Part shown: in pieces, positions 10,009-26,908 of the stretch
Layout: each line of letters starts with the position of its first letter
How positions within the stretch are numbered: the stretch's first letter is position 1
NCBI GenBank assembly: GCA_031835245.2
Contig: JAVKOQ020000049.1
Span: 1 to 64,000, forward strand
Origin: Balamuthia mandrillaris
Lineage: Eukaryota
Length of the DNA: 64,000 nucleotides
Reading direction: 5' to 3'
The notes under the pieces: generated by a model
What the model saw: the letters and a program-made list of their open reading frames with translations, nothing else
What the model was told of the DNA's origin: nothing
The model's database searches: none
Made by a program: the position numbers and the translations under genes

Positions 10009-13000
10009 ATGCGTTCGACTTACGCCACCTTATTCTCTTTGGTGGTGTCCGTTTTGTTGTTTGAGCACCCGGTGTTCGGTCAAGAACGGCCGCGCTATTA
10101 CATGGACTACGACCAGGATGTCTATTTGGACGAGTACGAGCTTTTGACGGAAACCTCTTACGGGGTGCCCCTTCCAACAGGCATGGCTGCTTGCCAGGGC
10201 TCCACCAAAGGACCTGCCTCCCCTACTCAAGTTCCTATCGATGAGGACATGACCGCGGCTGAGTTCCAGAGCGCCTGCGGCTCCTCCAGCACTTGTGTCA
10301 TAGAGGAAGGTGTGACCGTTACTCTGGACGGTAATGTCAATGTGGCAGCCATTGTCAACAAGGTTCCTTTTGCCCTTTCCTGTTTCTTTTCTTCGATTTT
10401 CATTTCATCTTTTTTTGTTTCTGTGTGTTTAATTTTCTTTATTTTTTTTTTTTTTGTCTGCTGTCGCGAAAAATAATAGGGAACTATCGAATGGACAGAT
10501 GAGAGCCAAACGGCGGATGAACAGTGGCTGTGCAGCGGCTACGTGGTCACTGAGCTAAACGGCGTGTTCAACCTGACGGTCACCTCGGAAGACAAGCGCG
10601 CCTACATCTACCTCAAGAACAACGGAGCGAAGCACCCTCATTTGGGCATCCGAGGGTTCGGTGGCAGCCGCGTTGTCTCCGATGGGGCGCAAGAAGGCTT
10701 TCCCAAAGTGGAGGTGACAGGACGTCCATTGCGCCGCACTTGGTCCTTGTTGAGCCTCACTGCGGACGAAGGCACGGACACGCTCCACCTGATGCATAAT
10801 GTGGAGGACATGGGCTGGAGGGTCGGCGATCGCATTGCCATCGCTCCTACCCAAATGCTATCCACGGGAGAGGCTCAAGCCTTCTTCATCAAGGATATCA
10901 ACAAGAACAGGATCACGTTGGCGGCGGACGACGCTTTGTCCACCACAGGCTACACCGACCAAGAGTACCTGGGACGACCGGAAAGATACATGCAAGCCGA
11001 AGTGATGATGATGTCTCGCAATGTGATCATCACTGGTGATGACTTTGAGCACGTCAACTGCGTGGATGACCAAGACGTCTGCCCTTGTCAAGGCGACAAC
11101 GACCGAGTCTGCACGGTGGGATCCCACACCATGCTTCATGGCAACGGAGAACGTTACGGAGGAACCCTGCGAATGCAGTACGCACGCGTGGAGAAGTGCG
11201 GCCATCGTGGAGCGACCGCTCGTTACTGCATTCACTTCCATTTGATGAGAGACTGTCCTGACTGCTTGGCGCGAGGCAATGCTGTCGAGTTTTCGCAGCA
11301 ACGTGGTATCGTGGTGCATGGCACTCACTTGGCCCAAGTCATCGAAAACACTTTGTATGACGTGAGGGGAGCTGGCATCTACATTGAAGACGGCAACGAG
11401 CTCTACACCCACGTTGAGTACAACGCTGTTATATGCCCCTATGCTATCGACGGACCGAAGCGTGGATGCACCATCCCTGGAACGGATAACGGTGCTGCTG
11501 ATACGTCTGATAATCAGGCTTCTTATTGGAGTTTGTCTCACACCAACCACTTCATTGGCAACCGCGCCGCCAACAGCTTCAACGGTGTCTTTTACCACCC
11601 TTCTTTTCGACCTGGTGGTCGTGGACTTGCGGAGGGACAAGTCTGTACCATCCATTCTCCGTTGGGCAGAATGGAAGGCAACACTTGCCACGGCCACACT
11701 CGCTTCGGAACTTACTTTGTGGATAGAGATTGGCCGCGAAAGTTGACCACTTCATTGGCTGAGAATGGGTTCACCGAGTGTGGCGAACCCTTCGACGAGA
11801 ATGGTTTTGATCGCGGTTTGCCCTCCGTTATTTCCAACAACGTGGACTACCACAACACGTGGGCAGGATCTTATCATCTTGGCGACATCCAGTTCCGCAA
11901 CCACATCGCCATCGACAACAACCAACCCATCTACCACAAGGAGACCAAGAACTTTGCGGATGGATGCTCTGCCCACTTCAAGAACTACCTCTTCGAAGCT
12001 GGAACTGCCGCCTTGGCCTCCGGTCACGGCAGCATTCTCTTTGAGGACTGCACTTTCAAGGGCAACTTCAAGTTTGAATCCAACCATCATTGCGACATTG
12101 GCAAGACCGGGGTGTTGTGCAATCCACAATATATCTTCATTCGTCCCAAGTGGGAGGTCTCCTCTGCAGAGTGGGTCATGTGGAACACTCCTCCTCCAGC
12201 CGACCAAAACCCCACTTTGGGATCTATTTACGCACTCTCCCCCGAAGACGCCGACAATCCTGATGGCATCATGTTCCCTCCAGGTTATCAGGCGTTGGTG
12301 CATGGAGTCCATATCTACCTTCTGGATTTGGATGACCACTGCGACACTGCTGAGGACCTTGGCGTAGGACAAGAGTGGAACGGTGGCATTCTTTGCAAGA
12401 AACCAATCCGCCGTTTGGACATCTACACACAAGGTCTTACCGACGATTCTCATGGTTCTGTCACGGTGGAAGTTCACAAAGATGGCTCCCTCCTCACGCA
12501 AGGTACTGTAGCTTTCTTTACCCTTATTCTGCTGTAAGGTAAATACTCAACAAAAAAAAACCCCCCAATTACAGCGGATATGAGGTTTAACAAGGTTGGG
12601 TCCACCAGAAAAGAGGGTTTCACGTTCCCAGTACTAGTCGACTTGGGCTATGAATATGTGGTACATAGATCGGGTGGCGACATTCCTGAAGATTGGATTA
12701 TTGAGTTCTCTGATCCTGTTATGGGTACTGTTCATTCGTTCTTGCGTTATTGTTTGAACTACGGCACCGTCTGTCATTCAGTTGTTCCTTATTGGTTTTT
12801 GTTTTTGTTTTTTTGTTTTTTTTTTTTTTTTGTTGACAACATAAACGAACCAAAACAGGCAATCGTTGGGAGCCAGAAGAGATTCGCTTGAATGTGCGAG
12901 GCAGAAACTGTCCTGAGAAAACAACTTCCCAGCACGACCGTCGCTGGATCTACGCCGACGACGAACAGAACTTTGAGACTTTGGGAAGAGGTGCATGCAC

Positions 13001-13969
13001 TGATTATCCCGACATGCCCACCATCGACTGCGCTGAAGTGCCCGAAATTTCTCTCATGTCATGTCCTGACCAATGCAATGAGGAATGCCCAGAGAACGCC
13101 TATTGCGACTGTGGAACTGGCGAGTGTCGCTGCGAGGCCGGTTTCTTCGGACCTGACTGCCAAAGGGACATCTGCGCATCCGCTCGATGCGGTCCTCACG
13201 GCAAGTGTACAGCTCGTTATTTGGGAGGCACTTTGGCTCCTGCGTCGGCTGCATGCGTGTGCGAACCGCCCTTCACTGGACCCACCTGCGAGGCCAATCC
13301 TTGCGAGGGTGTGACCTGCAGTGGCCGTGGAGTTTGTAAACCATTGGGAGAGTCTGCCTATGTCTGTGACTGCAATGATAGATTCAACGGAGAGAATTGT
13401 GAAAACAGTAAGTTATTCTTCTCCCATTTTCTCTCTCCGTTTCCATCTCTCGCTTTTCTCTCTCTCTCCATCTCTCCCTCTCATTCTCTCTTGCTCTCCC
13501 CCAAAAAAAAAATAACTCATTTAAATGTTATCTTCAACCAGCCTGCGATGGATTTTGTCAAGGCAGTTATCCTTATTCATGCCTGATTGGAGGAGGCGAT
13601 CCTTCCTTCTGTCTCCAATCCGGAGGGTGTAACTACGAAAAGTCATCCTTCAGCGATCCTAACCGGTGTTGTTACAGTAACTGTGAGAAATGCTTCGATG
13701 TAACCTGCGAACCCCCAGAGCATGACTGCTTGGTGCCGAGCTACTGCGATCCCACCACGGAGCAATGCGTGGACGCTGTTCCTCGTCCCGATGGCAGCGT
13801 TTGTCACAGCGAGCCATGGGGCACCTGCGAGGGAGGTATTTGTGTGGAGGGAGAGCCTCCTGATTGGGTGGATGGCTACGAGGATGACGTTGGAAATGAC
13901 GGCAATGACGGCGATGGCAACAATTCACCGGCTTCAGGTTTGGCGGCGCGTGTTGTGTTCTGGGAATGA
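10009..13969 (+). CDS. Secreted G8-domain / parallel beta-helix protein (fibrocystin-L/TMEM2-like) with EGF-like repeats, paralog A
   Basis: Signal peptide. Exon 1 (10009-10362) is spliced to 10480 (GTIEWTD). Motifs WRVGDRIAIAPT, AEVMMMSRNVIITG, RYCIHFHL, RGIVVHGTH and YIEDGNE, then Cys-rich EGF repeats. The 3' end is approximate. Confidence 0.85.
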
Positions 13970-14128
13970 GTTGCTCCATATTTTTTCTGTCGACTGACGT
14001 CGTTCTTTCTTTGTGAATATTGCAGCTATTGCCGGTGGCATTTGTGCAGCTGCGAAGTGTTGGTGAAGAAAGTATAGAAGAAAATAGCAGAGAATAAATA
14101 GTTTAATTGTCAGTCCAGTGTCGTCAGT

Positions 14129-16350
14129 TCAGTTAACAAAGGTTGCAGCTAGCGCTTCGGCCTCCTCGTGAGCCTGACGAGTGTAAGGATGATCTGGACT
14201 ATGGTACCAAACGCGCCTTATCTTGTGGCACTCGGCGAAGGCGCTTTGAGCCTGCGTCTTGTATCGCTTCAGAATGGACTTGGAATGAGCCAAAGAAGGG
14301 TTACGCAGGAGCTCCTTATAGGAGGACCCCAAATGGAAGTAGAAGTTGGCGATCTCGTTGTTGTAAGGGAAGCTGTCGTAGACCACTTGGAATGAGTCCA
14401 GTATCTTCTTGCAATTGACTATGGCGTTGCCAACGTCTCCTTCTCTGTCGCAACAATTAAGGAGCGTCACATAGGAATGGAATAGAAGATGGTGTTGAGG
14501 ATGAAGCAGAGTGTCCTGCAACAACTTTTCGAGCTGTTGTCTGGCTTCTTTGGTGCGGCGCGCTGCATAGAGCTTTTCAGCTACTTGTGTTATTGTCTCT
14601 GCGCTTTTTTCTGCTTGCAAGAACATTTCTTTTTCGTGTTGTGCTCCACATTTGTTACACCACAAGTACCCTTGGCTGCTTTCCTTTGTTGGTTCTGCTG
14701 GCTCATCTTTCGGTTGAGAAGAGGTGGAGGCTTCAGTTCCTTCGACAGAGAAAGGTTGTTTGTTGCTCTCTGGTTTGGAAGTTGTTGCAGTAGCACTTTT
14801 GGCTTTTTGGCCTCGTTTTTTGCCACCTGCAGTTGTTTTCTTGCTAGCACCGCTAGTGGTAGCTATTTGGGGCTGTTCTGTCACCATTAAACCGCCACAT
14901 GCCTGTACCACAAAATATTAGCATTGCTTGAAGGGAAACAAGATAGGGAGAGGGTGAGGAAAACCTTTTTGGGACAAGTGAAGCCCTCCACAAAACGATC
15001 AGGTGATTGAGATAACGGAGAGGTGCATCGCGTACACCTACATTGGAAGAACTTTGTGCGGTGCAGTTCTTCCTGTCTTTGCTTTCTTGACTGATAAAGA
15101 TCAATGTATGAAATGCATAACTCTTCTCCGGCAGCAATCGGTTTTATGGCAGTCAAATATACTATATCTCCAACAGTACTATAACACATGTTTGGCTTGC
15201 AACTGGTTTTATATGGGTTAGGAGAAAGAGAACCAACAACAAAGAGAAAAGAAGAAAGAGAAAAGACCTGTGGTTAATCAAAGAGGCAACAGGAAACAGA
15301 CCGGTAGCAACGGCTGGTTGGGTTACGAGAGGAGCACGAATGGCGTGCGAGTTGGAGTTTATGCGACAACATAACTAAAATAATTTTGAACAAGTTAGGG
15401 TTACTCATTGTGCTCCTGCTAAGTAGAAAAGATTGTAACATACCTCCAATAGAGTGTCAGCGTTGATGCTGCTGTGGACGTCAGAAGGTAATTGAGATAC
15501 AATAGCCTTACATGCCGTCCCTACCGCCTCTTTCCACTCATCAGTAAAGAATTCCTTATTGACTACCATGCTCAGCACTTCATCTTCAAACCGTTTCTTC
15601 TCGGCCTCGCCCAGTGCCCTGTATATGCACCTTTATCATTACGGTGTACCAAAGAAAAGCAAAAGGAAAGAGAGAAACGCACGTCCTGCAAGCAGCTCTG
15701 ATGGCAAGCTTCAAAAGCACGACGTCGGTGGAAGTGGCGTCTGCTATATTGCGCACTTTAGCGAACGCTCCGCACTCTTTGTCGTGCGCTGCAGAGGCTG
15801 CTTCGCCGCATGCCGGACAACAGTAGCTCACTTCGTTGCAGTTGTTGCACCTCAACGAAGTACCTGCCTGTGTTTCAGTTCGTTTTAGAAGGGGAGAACT
15901 GAGGGAACAAAGAGAGAGAGAGAGAGAGAGAGAGAAAAGAAGGCAGTGCACCTTAATCTCCTGAGTGAGGCAGTGATGGCACACTCTTTCCCGAGCGTGG
16001 TCCAGCACGCAGGCCGAAAAGGCAGGGTCATGAAACACCTCATCTCCCACCACAAAGGGCCGCTTAGCAGTGACAGCCCTACCTTTGGCTGCCGTTTCCA
16101 CAATCTGACAGCCACACTGGGCCAAAGCGGCCACGATCGAATCGACCACTCGTGGCGAAGTGGCGGCAGCTGCGCTCTTATTTTTGTTTTTCTTCTTGCC
16201 CCTTTTTTTCTTTTTCTTGGCGGCGTTATTGGCAGGAGCGGCGCTAGCGGCGCTGCTCCCCACAGCCTCCTCTCTCCTTTCAGGAGTTTCGACGGCTGTG
16301 GCGCTGCTGCTAGGGGTGGTGGCGGCGGCGCTTCCTCCCTCTTCCTCCAT
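14129..16350 (-). CDS. SET and MYND domain (SMYD-like) lysine methyltransferase
   Basis: KGRAVTAKRPF (N-SET), MYND CxxC...CNNCNEVSYCCPAC...HDKEC, spliced LINHSCKPN, GEELCISYI, post-SET FQCRCTRC and a TPR-like C-terminus. Confidence 0.9.
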
Positions 16351-16531
16351 TTTTTTTCTTCTCGTTTTTTGTTGTGAAAAATTAATAAATTAATTATTTA
16401 ATTAATCACGCGAAATATTTCCGGAATTTCTGATAATTATCTGATATGTCGATAAATATTTTGCCTCAAAACAAAAAAAACCAAAAAAATTTAAATTTAA
16501 AAAGACGAGGAAAGAAGGAGGAGAGAGAAAG

Positions 16532-17534
16532 ATGCCTTTGGTGGTTATGTGTGGCATTCCGGCCAGTGGCAAGACCACTCGCGCCCAGGAACTCGAACGG
16601 TTTCTGAAGGAACAGTGCGGCAAGTCCACTCTGCTCATCAACGAAGAATCTCTCCACATTAACAAGAAAGACACCTACAAAGGTTTGTTTGAACAGAGAG
16701 AAGACCAAAAATAAGCGGACCAACCTATTTCGAATTCTTCTCTTTCTCCTTCCTCTTCTGCTTCTTCTTCTTCCTCTCGTGTTTCTTCTTCTTCTCGTGT
16801 TTCTTCTTCTTCTCGTGTTTCTTCTCTTGGGCTGAGCAAACGCTTGTTATAACCATCAGATAACTTTTCCGAAAAGAACACAAGAGCAACGTTGAAGGCG
16901 GCGGTGGAGCGGCACCTCACCCGAGAGGTGGTCGTCATCATCGACTCCCTCAACTACATAAAGGGCTACCGCTACGAGCTTTACTGCATTGCCCGATCAC
17001 AGCGCACTCCTCATTGCATCGTACTTCATGCTCTCTCTTTTCTCTCTCTCCTCTTCTTCAAAAGCAAGTTGCAACAAAGCAGACGACGAGCTGTGCTTGC
17101 TTCATTTTTCTCATTTCTTCCTTCTGGTGACCGCTGCTGCCACTACTTCCACCCCTTACCAAAACAGGTGTACTGCAACGTACCAAGGGAAACCGCCAGA
17201 CAATGGAACCAAAACAGAGAGGACGCCCTCAACGAAGCTCTGTATGCACCTTCCTACTCACCGCTTTTGTTACTCAGCAGAGATCTCTTTTCTCTGCTCT
17301 TTTGTTCTTCTCTTAGTTCGCTTCTCTCTTTCTCTTTTTCTGATAGTATACTTTCCCCAGTTTTGAAGATTTGGCGAACCGGTTTGAAGAGCCGAACGAC
17401 CGTAATCGATGGGACAACCCTCTCTTTGTGTTAACGCCAGAAGAGCCGACCTGCTTGGAGGAGGTACGCGCTGCGTTGTTCGACCGCGTATCCAAAGCTC
17501 CCAACCTTGCCACAATTCCAGTACGTTCTTTCTT

Positions 17535-17576
<42 letters not shown>

Positions 17577-18049
17577 ACTTGTTTGTTTTGTTACCCTGTT
17601 ATTTGTTGTACTCAATTCTCTGTTTTAAACCTTTTCAACAGCAAAAACTATCAGATACCAACTTTGTTTATGAAATGGATAAGAGAACGAAAGAGATTGT
17701 GTCAGCCATTCTACAAGCTCAGTCAGAGTCTGCTGTTCTTGGAGACAACATCGTTGTTCCGCACACCACCCAAACAATATCCTTTCTTTCCTTCCTCACC
17801 TTATTCGTTTTCTTGTGGTCCTTCCTCTTGTTCTTCTCCGTTCCACACACACACACATTTCCTTCACTCTTATTTTTTTGCATTTGTTTGTTTATTGCAT
17901 AATACGTGCGACTGGTGCGCAAGTTGACAATGCCAGAGCTACGGCGGATGAGAGCGCAGTTCCAGAAGATAACCCAACTGCATCCACCAAAGTCGTTGGA
18001 AGAGATAGGACAACTGTTTGTTTGTTACATCAATACCTCTCTCGAATGA
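16532..18049 (+). CDS. KTI12: KTI12 homolog (Elongator-associated P-loop ATPase)
   Basis: MPLVVMCGIPASGKTTRA, IIDSLNYIKGYRYELYC, RFEEPNDRNRWDNPLF and C-terminal LTMPELRRMRAQF, over six exons. Confidence 0.93.
17777..17905 (+). other. U12-type (minor spliceosome) AT-AC intron in KTI12
   Basis: 5' end ATATCCTT, 3' end TAATAC. Removal joins ...VPHTTQT to VRLVRKLTMPELRR in frame. Branch-like TTCCTTCAC at ~17859. Confidence 0.8.
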
Positions 18050-18204
18050 GGAAGATCAGAAATAAAATAACAAGGAAAATGGCTTTGCTTTCTGCTATCC
18101 ATTGCAACTGCTGCTATGATTAGGCTGCGTCTGCTAGCAGCACCAACACTCCGCTTTTCATTAATTTAAACAGGTTTACTTCTCTCTTTCTCTTTTATTC
18201 TCTC

Positions 18205-22155
<3,951 letters not shown>

Positions 22156-22530
22156 CTCTGAGCTCCTTGGGGAGGGGGAAAAACAAACGTAACATACATT
22201 CATTCATTCATTTAACGAAACAAGAACAAAGCAAGGGTCTCTTCCGTGGTTGGGAAACCTACCTTCTTTTTGCACCTCCCTGCAAAAAGCGAGCGGCAGC
22301 AGCGGTTGCGTTCCAAAGGCTAGAGTCAGGTTTCCGTTCTCTTTGGCCCTTTTTTTTTTTTTGTTGGTTTTTTATTTTATTTTTCGGTTGGCGATATTAT
22401 CAACTACCCCTCAAGAAAGATCGGTTATTCCGTAACTCCGCAACCCTCGCGAAAGCTTTCTTGTCGACAAAATAGAATGAATACTCCTCAAGCAGAGTTG
22501 TCGGCAGAAAAAAAGAAGGAGAGAAGAAAG

Positions 22531-23576
22531 ATGCCAAAGATCATCTCGCGAGGGACGTCGGTAAGTAGCGGCCGAGACACAACGTTTACCGATCAAACTG
22601 TGCAAATATACTATTGTGTGTGCAATGCACATTGTTTGAGCCTGGGTTTGTACCAAGTCAACAATATCCCCTCAAAGCCTTGTTGACCTAGCATTCCTCT
22701 CTTCTCTTCTCTTCCTGCAGATACCCCTTTGGAAAAGTTGCCACAGAGACGAACAGATGGCGCATACGTGCTCATAAAAGCTGACCATCAATACAGCCTC
22801 AAAGTCATGAAGCTAGGGAGCGTTGTTCTGAAACGGTAAATATTATTTTTTCTTCACAAAAAAAAAAGCACCTGAGGACTTTACTCACTTTGTTTCATAC
22901 TTTCGCTCTCCACAGGGATCAAGGCTACGAGCGCCAATGGCGGTACGGCTGCACCCAATGCCAGCTTCCCATATGTTACCTTAGCAAAGAAGATGTGGAC
23001 GACATAACGTATCTGATGCAAGGCAGCCTCCACCGGCATGAATACCAGAAGGCAGGCGGTGGTGCCGACCCCGTCAAAGCCTTCATGAGCCAACTGTCCC
23101 CTGAGGAGGAGAAGTACTTTGCTCAGATGGATGAGAAAGAACAGGAAAAGGAGAAAGAGCAGGAACAACAGCAGCAACAACAACAACAAGGAGCAGCCAA
23201 GGAGAAACCCGCTCTGTCGGCCAAGGAGCAAGCTCGCCTGCTTCGAGAGAGAATACGAAAGTTGGAAGCGCGTGGGGGAAAGAAGAACGAACAGAAAAAG
23301 ACGGAACAGGAAAAGGGTAAAGCCAAAGAGGAAGATGGTGATGGCGAAACAAGCAGAAAGAGAGACCGAACATCGGAAGAACAGGAAGCAAAGAGGGATG
23401 ATGACTCTAAGGGAAAGAAAGCAAAGGAACGAGAAGAAGGCGCCACCAACGTACAATCACCACCACACCAACACAGAGAAGGGGGAGAGGAGGAAGGAGA
23501 AGGAGAAGAAGAGAAAGAGAAACTACCTCAAAGCAAGAGAGCAAAGCCAAACGAAGCCCAGAAAAAGGAGGCCTAA
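22531..23576 (+). CDS. STEEP1: STEEP1/CXorf56 (UPF0428) homolog with charged C-terminal tail
   Basis: MPKIISRG...IYYCVC...DTPLEKLPQRRTDGAYVL...QGYERQWRYGCTQCQLPICY across two GT-AG introns. Confidence 0.8.
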
Positions 23577-23681
23577 ACGAGTCCAAAACAAATAAAAAGA
23601 ATAGCACAACACATTTACTTTTTGAACAGAAAAAACAACAAAGGAAGGAAGACAAGGGAAGAAGAGCGACATGGATGGCCA

Positions 23682-24392
23682 TCACTCTTCCTCAGGTTCA
23701 TCCAAACCCCTGCGGCTCTTCTTCTTTCGCAGCCAGTAGTCCTCATTGAACTCTTCCTTCTGCTTGCCTGTTGTCATCCTCAACAGCCTTTGCTCCTCCG
23801 CCGTCAGTTCGAATGTTTTCTTATTCCTCTCTTTCTTCTTCTGCTGAGCAGCAGCTCCCCCTTCATTACCGCTCTTGCTTTGTTTTTGCTGCTCCAACTT
23901 TTTCTTTTTCTCCTGCTGCAGGCGACGCTTCTCTTCTTTGGCCTCTTCTAGCTTTTGGTTGCGCTGTTGCTGCAATAGCCTTATCTCCTTCTTCTTCTGC
24001 TCTCTCTCCTTGCTGGCCTGTTTTCTCTCTAGCTTTCTCTGCTGTTCTTGCTTCTTTCGTTCCTCTGCTGAAAGGTCTGCTCCTCCCTGTTCTCTTTCTT
24101 CCTCTTCTTCTGACGGGGTAGAAGAGAACGCCTTGTTGTTGCATCGGAAGCTCAATAGAGAAGAAGAGGGAAACAAATGCAGCTGAGTGATGGTCGATTG
24201 ACCAGCGAGAAGAGCAAAGCGGTTCGTAGTGGGAGCTCTCCCGAAAGAAATCCTCTTGATGGCGCCAGTGGGCGGAGGAAGAAGAGCCAAGCCGCAACTG
24301 AACGCTCGGCTTGGCATGAGCGCCCCTGCACTCCCTCTTGCCATAACACAGAGGGTCAGGGGACGAATACCGCCGAAGCTTCTTTGATGCAT
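23682..24392 (-). CDS. Hypothetical protein with mitochondrial presequence-like N-terminus and charged coiled coil
   Basis: 236-aa ORF with an Arg/Ser-rich acid-free N-terminus followed by an E/K/Q-rich helix. No recognisable family. Confidence 0.55.
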   Translation of the reverse strand: MHQRSFGGIRPLTLCVMARGSAGALMPSRAFSCGLALLPPPTGAIKRISFGRAPTTNRFALLAGQSTITQLHLFPSSSLLSFRCNNKAFSSTPSEEEEEREQGGADLSAEERKKQEQQRKLERKQASKEREQKKKEIRLLQQQRNQKLEEAKEEKRRLQQEKKKKLEQQKQSKSGNEGGAAAQQKKKERNKKTFELTAEEQRLLRMTTGKQKEEFNEDYWLRKKKSRRGLDEPEEE

Positions 24393-24882
24393 GTTTCCTT
24401 CCTTCCGTTCGGGAGCTTATGATGACCGGCAGCCAAGGTTGGTCTTGTCTTCCTTTTCGCGCGTAGTTCCACTCGAGAACAAAAGGTGCACCGCTTCTGC
24501 TCCTGTTGAATAACCTGGCCAATAAGAAATCAAACCAAACGTCGTCCGCAAAAAAAAAATTCAAGCAGGCGTGAAAAAGGACAAAAGCCACGGAGAAGGC
24601 CGCGTTTATTTTTTTTAAAGAGTGCTTGGTGCCACCAAAGGTTTCTAAAATTTTAAAAAAAAGAAAAGAAAACAAAAAACAAGCACAACCAAAGAAAAAC
24701 ACAACAACAACAAAAAACAAAAATCTAAAGAAAACAAAAATTCCAAAGACCTTCAGCTGTGGTTGCTAAAAGGTGAAGAAAGAGAGATAAGACGGCTCGT
24801 CAAAAATCTCTTTTCCTCATGAAGTGCTCAAAAAGAGAGGAGGTCAGCCTGATAGGAATCTCCATACGACTGCCATCATCGT

Positions 24883-26415
24883 TTAGTGCCAGAAAGCACG
24901 AGCTGAGGCAGCAGAGGAGGCGTCTCCAGTGTTGTAGGCAACCACGTCTCCGCCATCGTATGCCATGCCGTCATAGGCAACGTCACCACCTCCGTATTCA
25001 ACGTCACCGCCGTCGTACTCAACGTCGCCACCATCGTAAGTCACGTCTCCGCCATCATACATGACATCTCCGCCATCATAGGTGACATCTCCGCCATCGT
25101 ACTCAACGTCGCCGCCATCATAGGTCACATCGCCATCATAAGTGACGTCTCCGCCATCATACATGACGTCGCCACCATCGTACTCAACGTCGCCGCCATC
25201 GTAGGTCACGTCTCCGCCGTCGTACATGACGTCTCCTCCATCGTAGCTGACATCACCGCCATCATACTCGACATCACCGCCATCATAGGTCACGTCTCCG
25301 CCATCGTATTCAACGTCGCCACCATCATAGGTCACGTCGCCACCATCATACTTGACGTCGCCACCATCGTAGCTCACATCACCGCCGTCATACTCGACAT
25401 CACCGCCATCGTAGGTCACATCACCGCCATCGTAGGAAACGTCTCCCCCGTCATAGGTGACATCGCCGCCATCGTACTCGACATCACCGCCATCGTAGGT
25501 CACGTCTCCGCCATCATACGTGACGTCGCCACCATCGTAGCTCACATCACCGCCATCGTAGGAGACATCTCCGCCATCGTAAGTCACGTCACCGCCATCA
25601 TAGGAAACGTCGCCGCCATCATAGGACACGTCTCCGCCATCATACTCGACGTCGCCACCGTCATAGGTGACATCTCCTCCATCGTAGGACACATCTCCTC
25701 CATCATAGGTCACATCACCGCCATCGTACTCGACATCGCCGCCATCGTAGGTCACGTCGCCGCCATCATACATGACGTCGCCTCCATCATAGCTCACATC
25801 ACCACCATCGTAGGAGACATCTCCTCCATCGTAGGTCACATCACCACCGTCGTACTCAACGTCGCCACCATCGTAAGTCACGTCGCCGCCATCATACATG
25901 ACGTCGCCTCCATCATAGCTCACATCACCGCCATCGTAGGAGACATCTCCGCCATCATAGGTGACATCACCGCCGTCGTACTCAACGTCGCCGCCATCAT
26001 AGGTCACGTCTCCGCCGTCGTACATGACATCTCCGCCATCATAGGTGACATCTCCGCCATCGTACTCAACGTCGCCGCCATCATAGGTCACGTCGCCATC
26101 ATAAGTGACGTCTCCGCCATCATACATGACATCACCGCCATCGTATTCGACATCGCCACCATCGTAGGTCACATCGCCGTCATACGTGACGTCTCCGCCG
26201 TCGTACATGACATCGCCGCCATCATACTCGACGTCGCCGCCATCGTAGGTCACGTCGCCGCCATCGTACATGACGTCGCCTCCATCATAAGTCACGTCTT
26301 CACCATCGTAGGTAACGTCTCCCTTGCCATAGTCCATGGCACCTCTCTTAAGAGGCTTGGCTAGGCCCGCAGTGGCCAACAAGCCAACAAGCAGCAATGC
26401 AGCAAGTACTTTCAT
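24883..26415 (-). CDS. Secreted tandem-repeat protein, (V-x-Y-D-G-G-D) roughly 65 copies
   Basis: Signal peptide MKVLAALLLVGLLATAGLA, then KPLKR, then an uninterrupted heptapeptide array. The 21-bp units vary mostly at synonymous positions. Confidence 0.88.
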   Translation of the reverse strand: MKVLAALLLVGLLATAGLAKPLKRGAMDYGKGDVTYDGEDVTYDGGDVMYDGGDVTYDGGDVEYDGGDVMYDGGDVTYDGDVTYDGGDVEYDGGDVMYDGGDVTYDGDVTYDGGDVEYDGGDVTYDGGDVMYDGGDVTYDGGDVEYDGGDVTYDGGDVSYDGGDVSYDGGDVMYDGGDVTYDGGDVEYDGGDVTYDGGDVSYDGGDVSYDGGDVMYDGGDVTYDGGDVEYDGGDVTYDGGDVSYDGGDVTYDGGDVEYDGGDVSYDGGDVSYDGGDVTYDGGDVSYDGGDVSYDGGDVTYDGGDVTYDGGDVEYDGGDVTYDGGDVSYDGGDVTYDGGDVEYDGGDVSYDGGDVKYDGGDVTYDGGDVEYDGGDVTYDGGDVEYDGGDVSYDGGDVMYDGGDVTYDGGDVEYDGGDVMYDGGDVTYDGDVTYDGGDVEYDGGDVTYDGGDVMYDGGDVTYDGGDVEYDGGDVEYGGGDVAYDGMAYDGGDVVAYNTGDASSAASARAFWH

Positions 26416-26908
26416 CCCCCCCAACGTCAACTTCCTGTTCAGGTCGTCTAGTTTGTAAGTTTGGTTTAGATATTGTTTGTTGGATGGTGATGCCTACGGT
26501 TACAAAAGAGATGCTCAGTTAAATAGTTGTTAGGTTGATAGCTCTGTCTGGAGATTCCATGTAGAGAACACATTTTGAAGTTGGAGATGGTTGCTCATTG
26601 GTTGGATGGAGTAGAGGAACTGAAAACACGGTAAGATAGCCAGGGTGAAGCTATGGATTTCAGTGCTTTTTTCATCCCCTTCAAGGAATTCTTTTCCACT
26701 AACGTGGCGACCAAATGCCTTTGGCTCTTGGCTTCTCTTTCTTCGCAATCCAGAGGAGATCTTCTCCTCACCCCAGGTAGCACAAATGTTGAAGCAATTG
26801 TGCTCTTTTTGCACAAAATTTTTCTTCGAATTAAAAATATTAATATAATATATTTGCCACAAACAAAAATAAAAAATAAAAAACAAATAGAAATAAGGAA
26901 AAAAGAAA

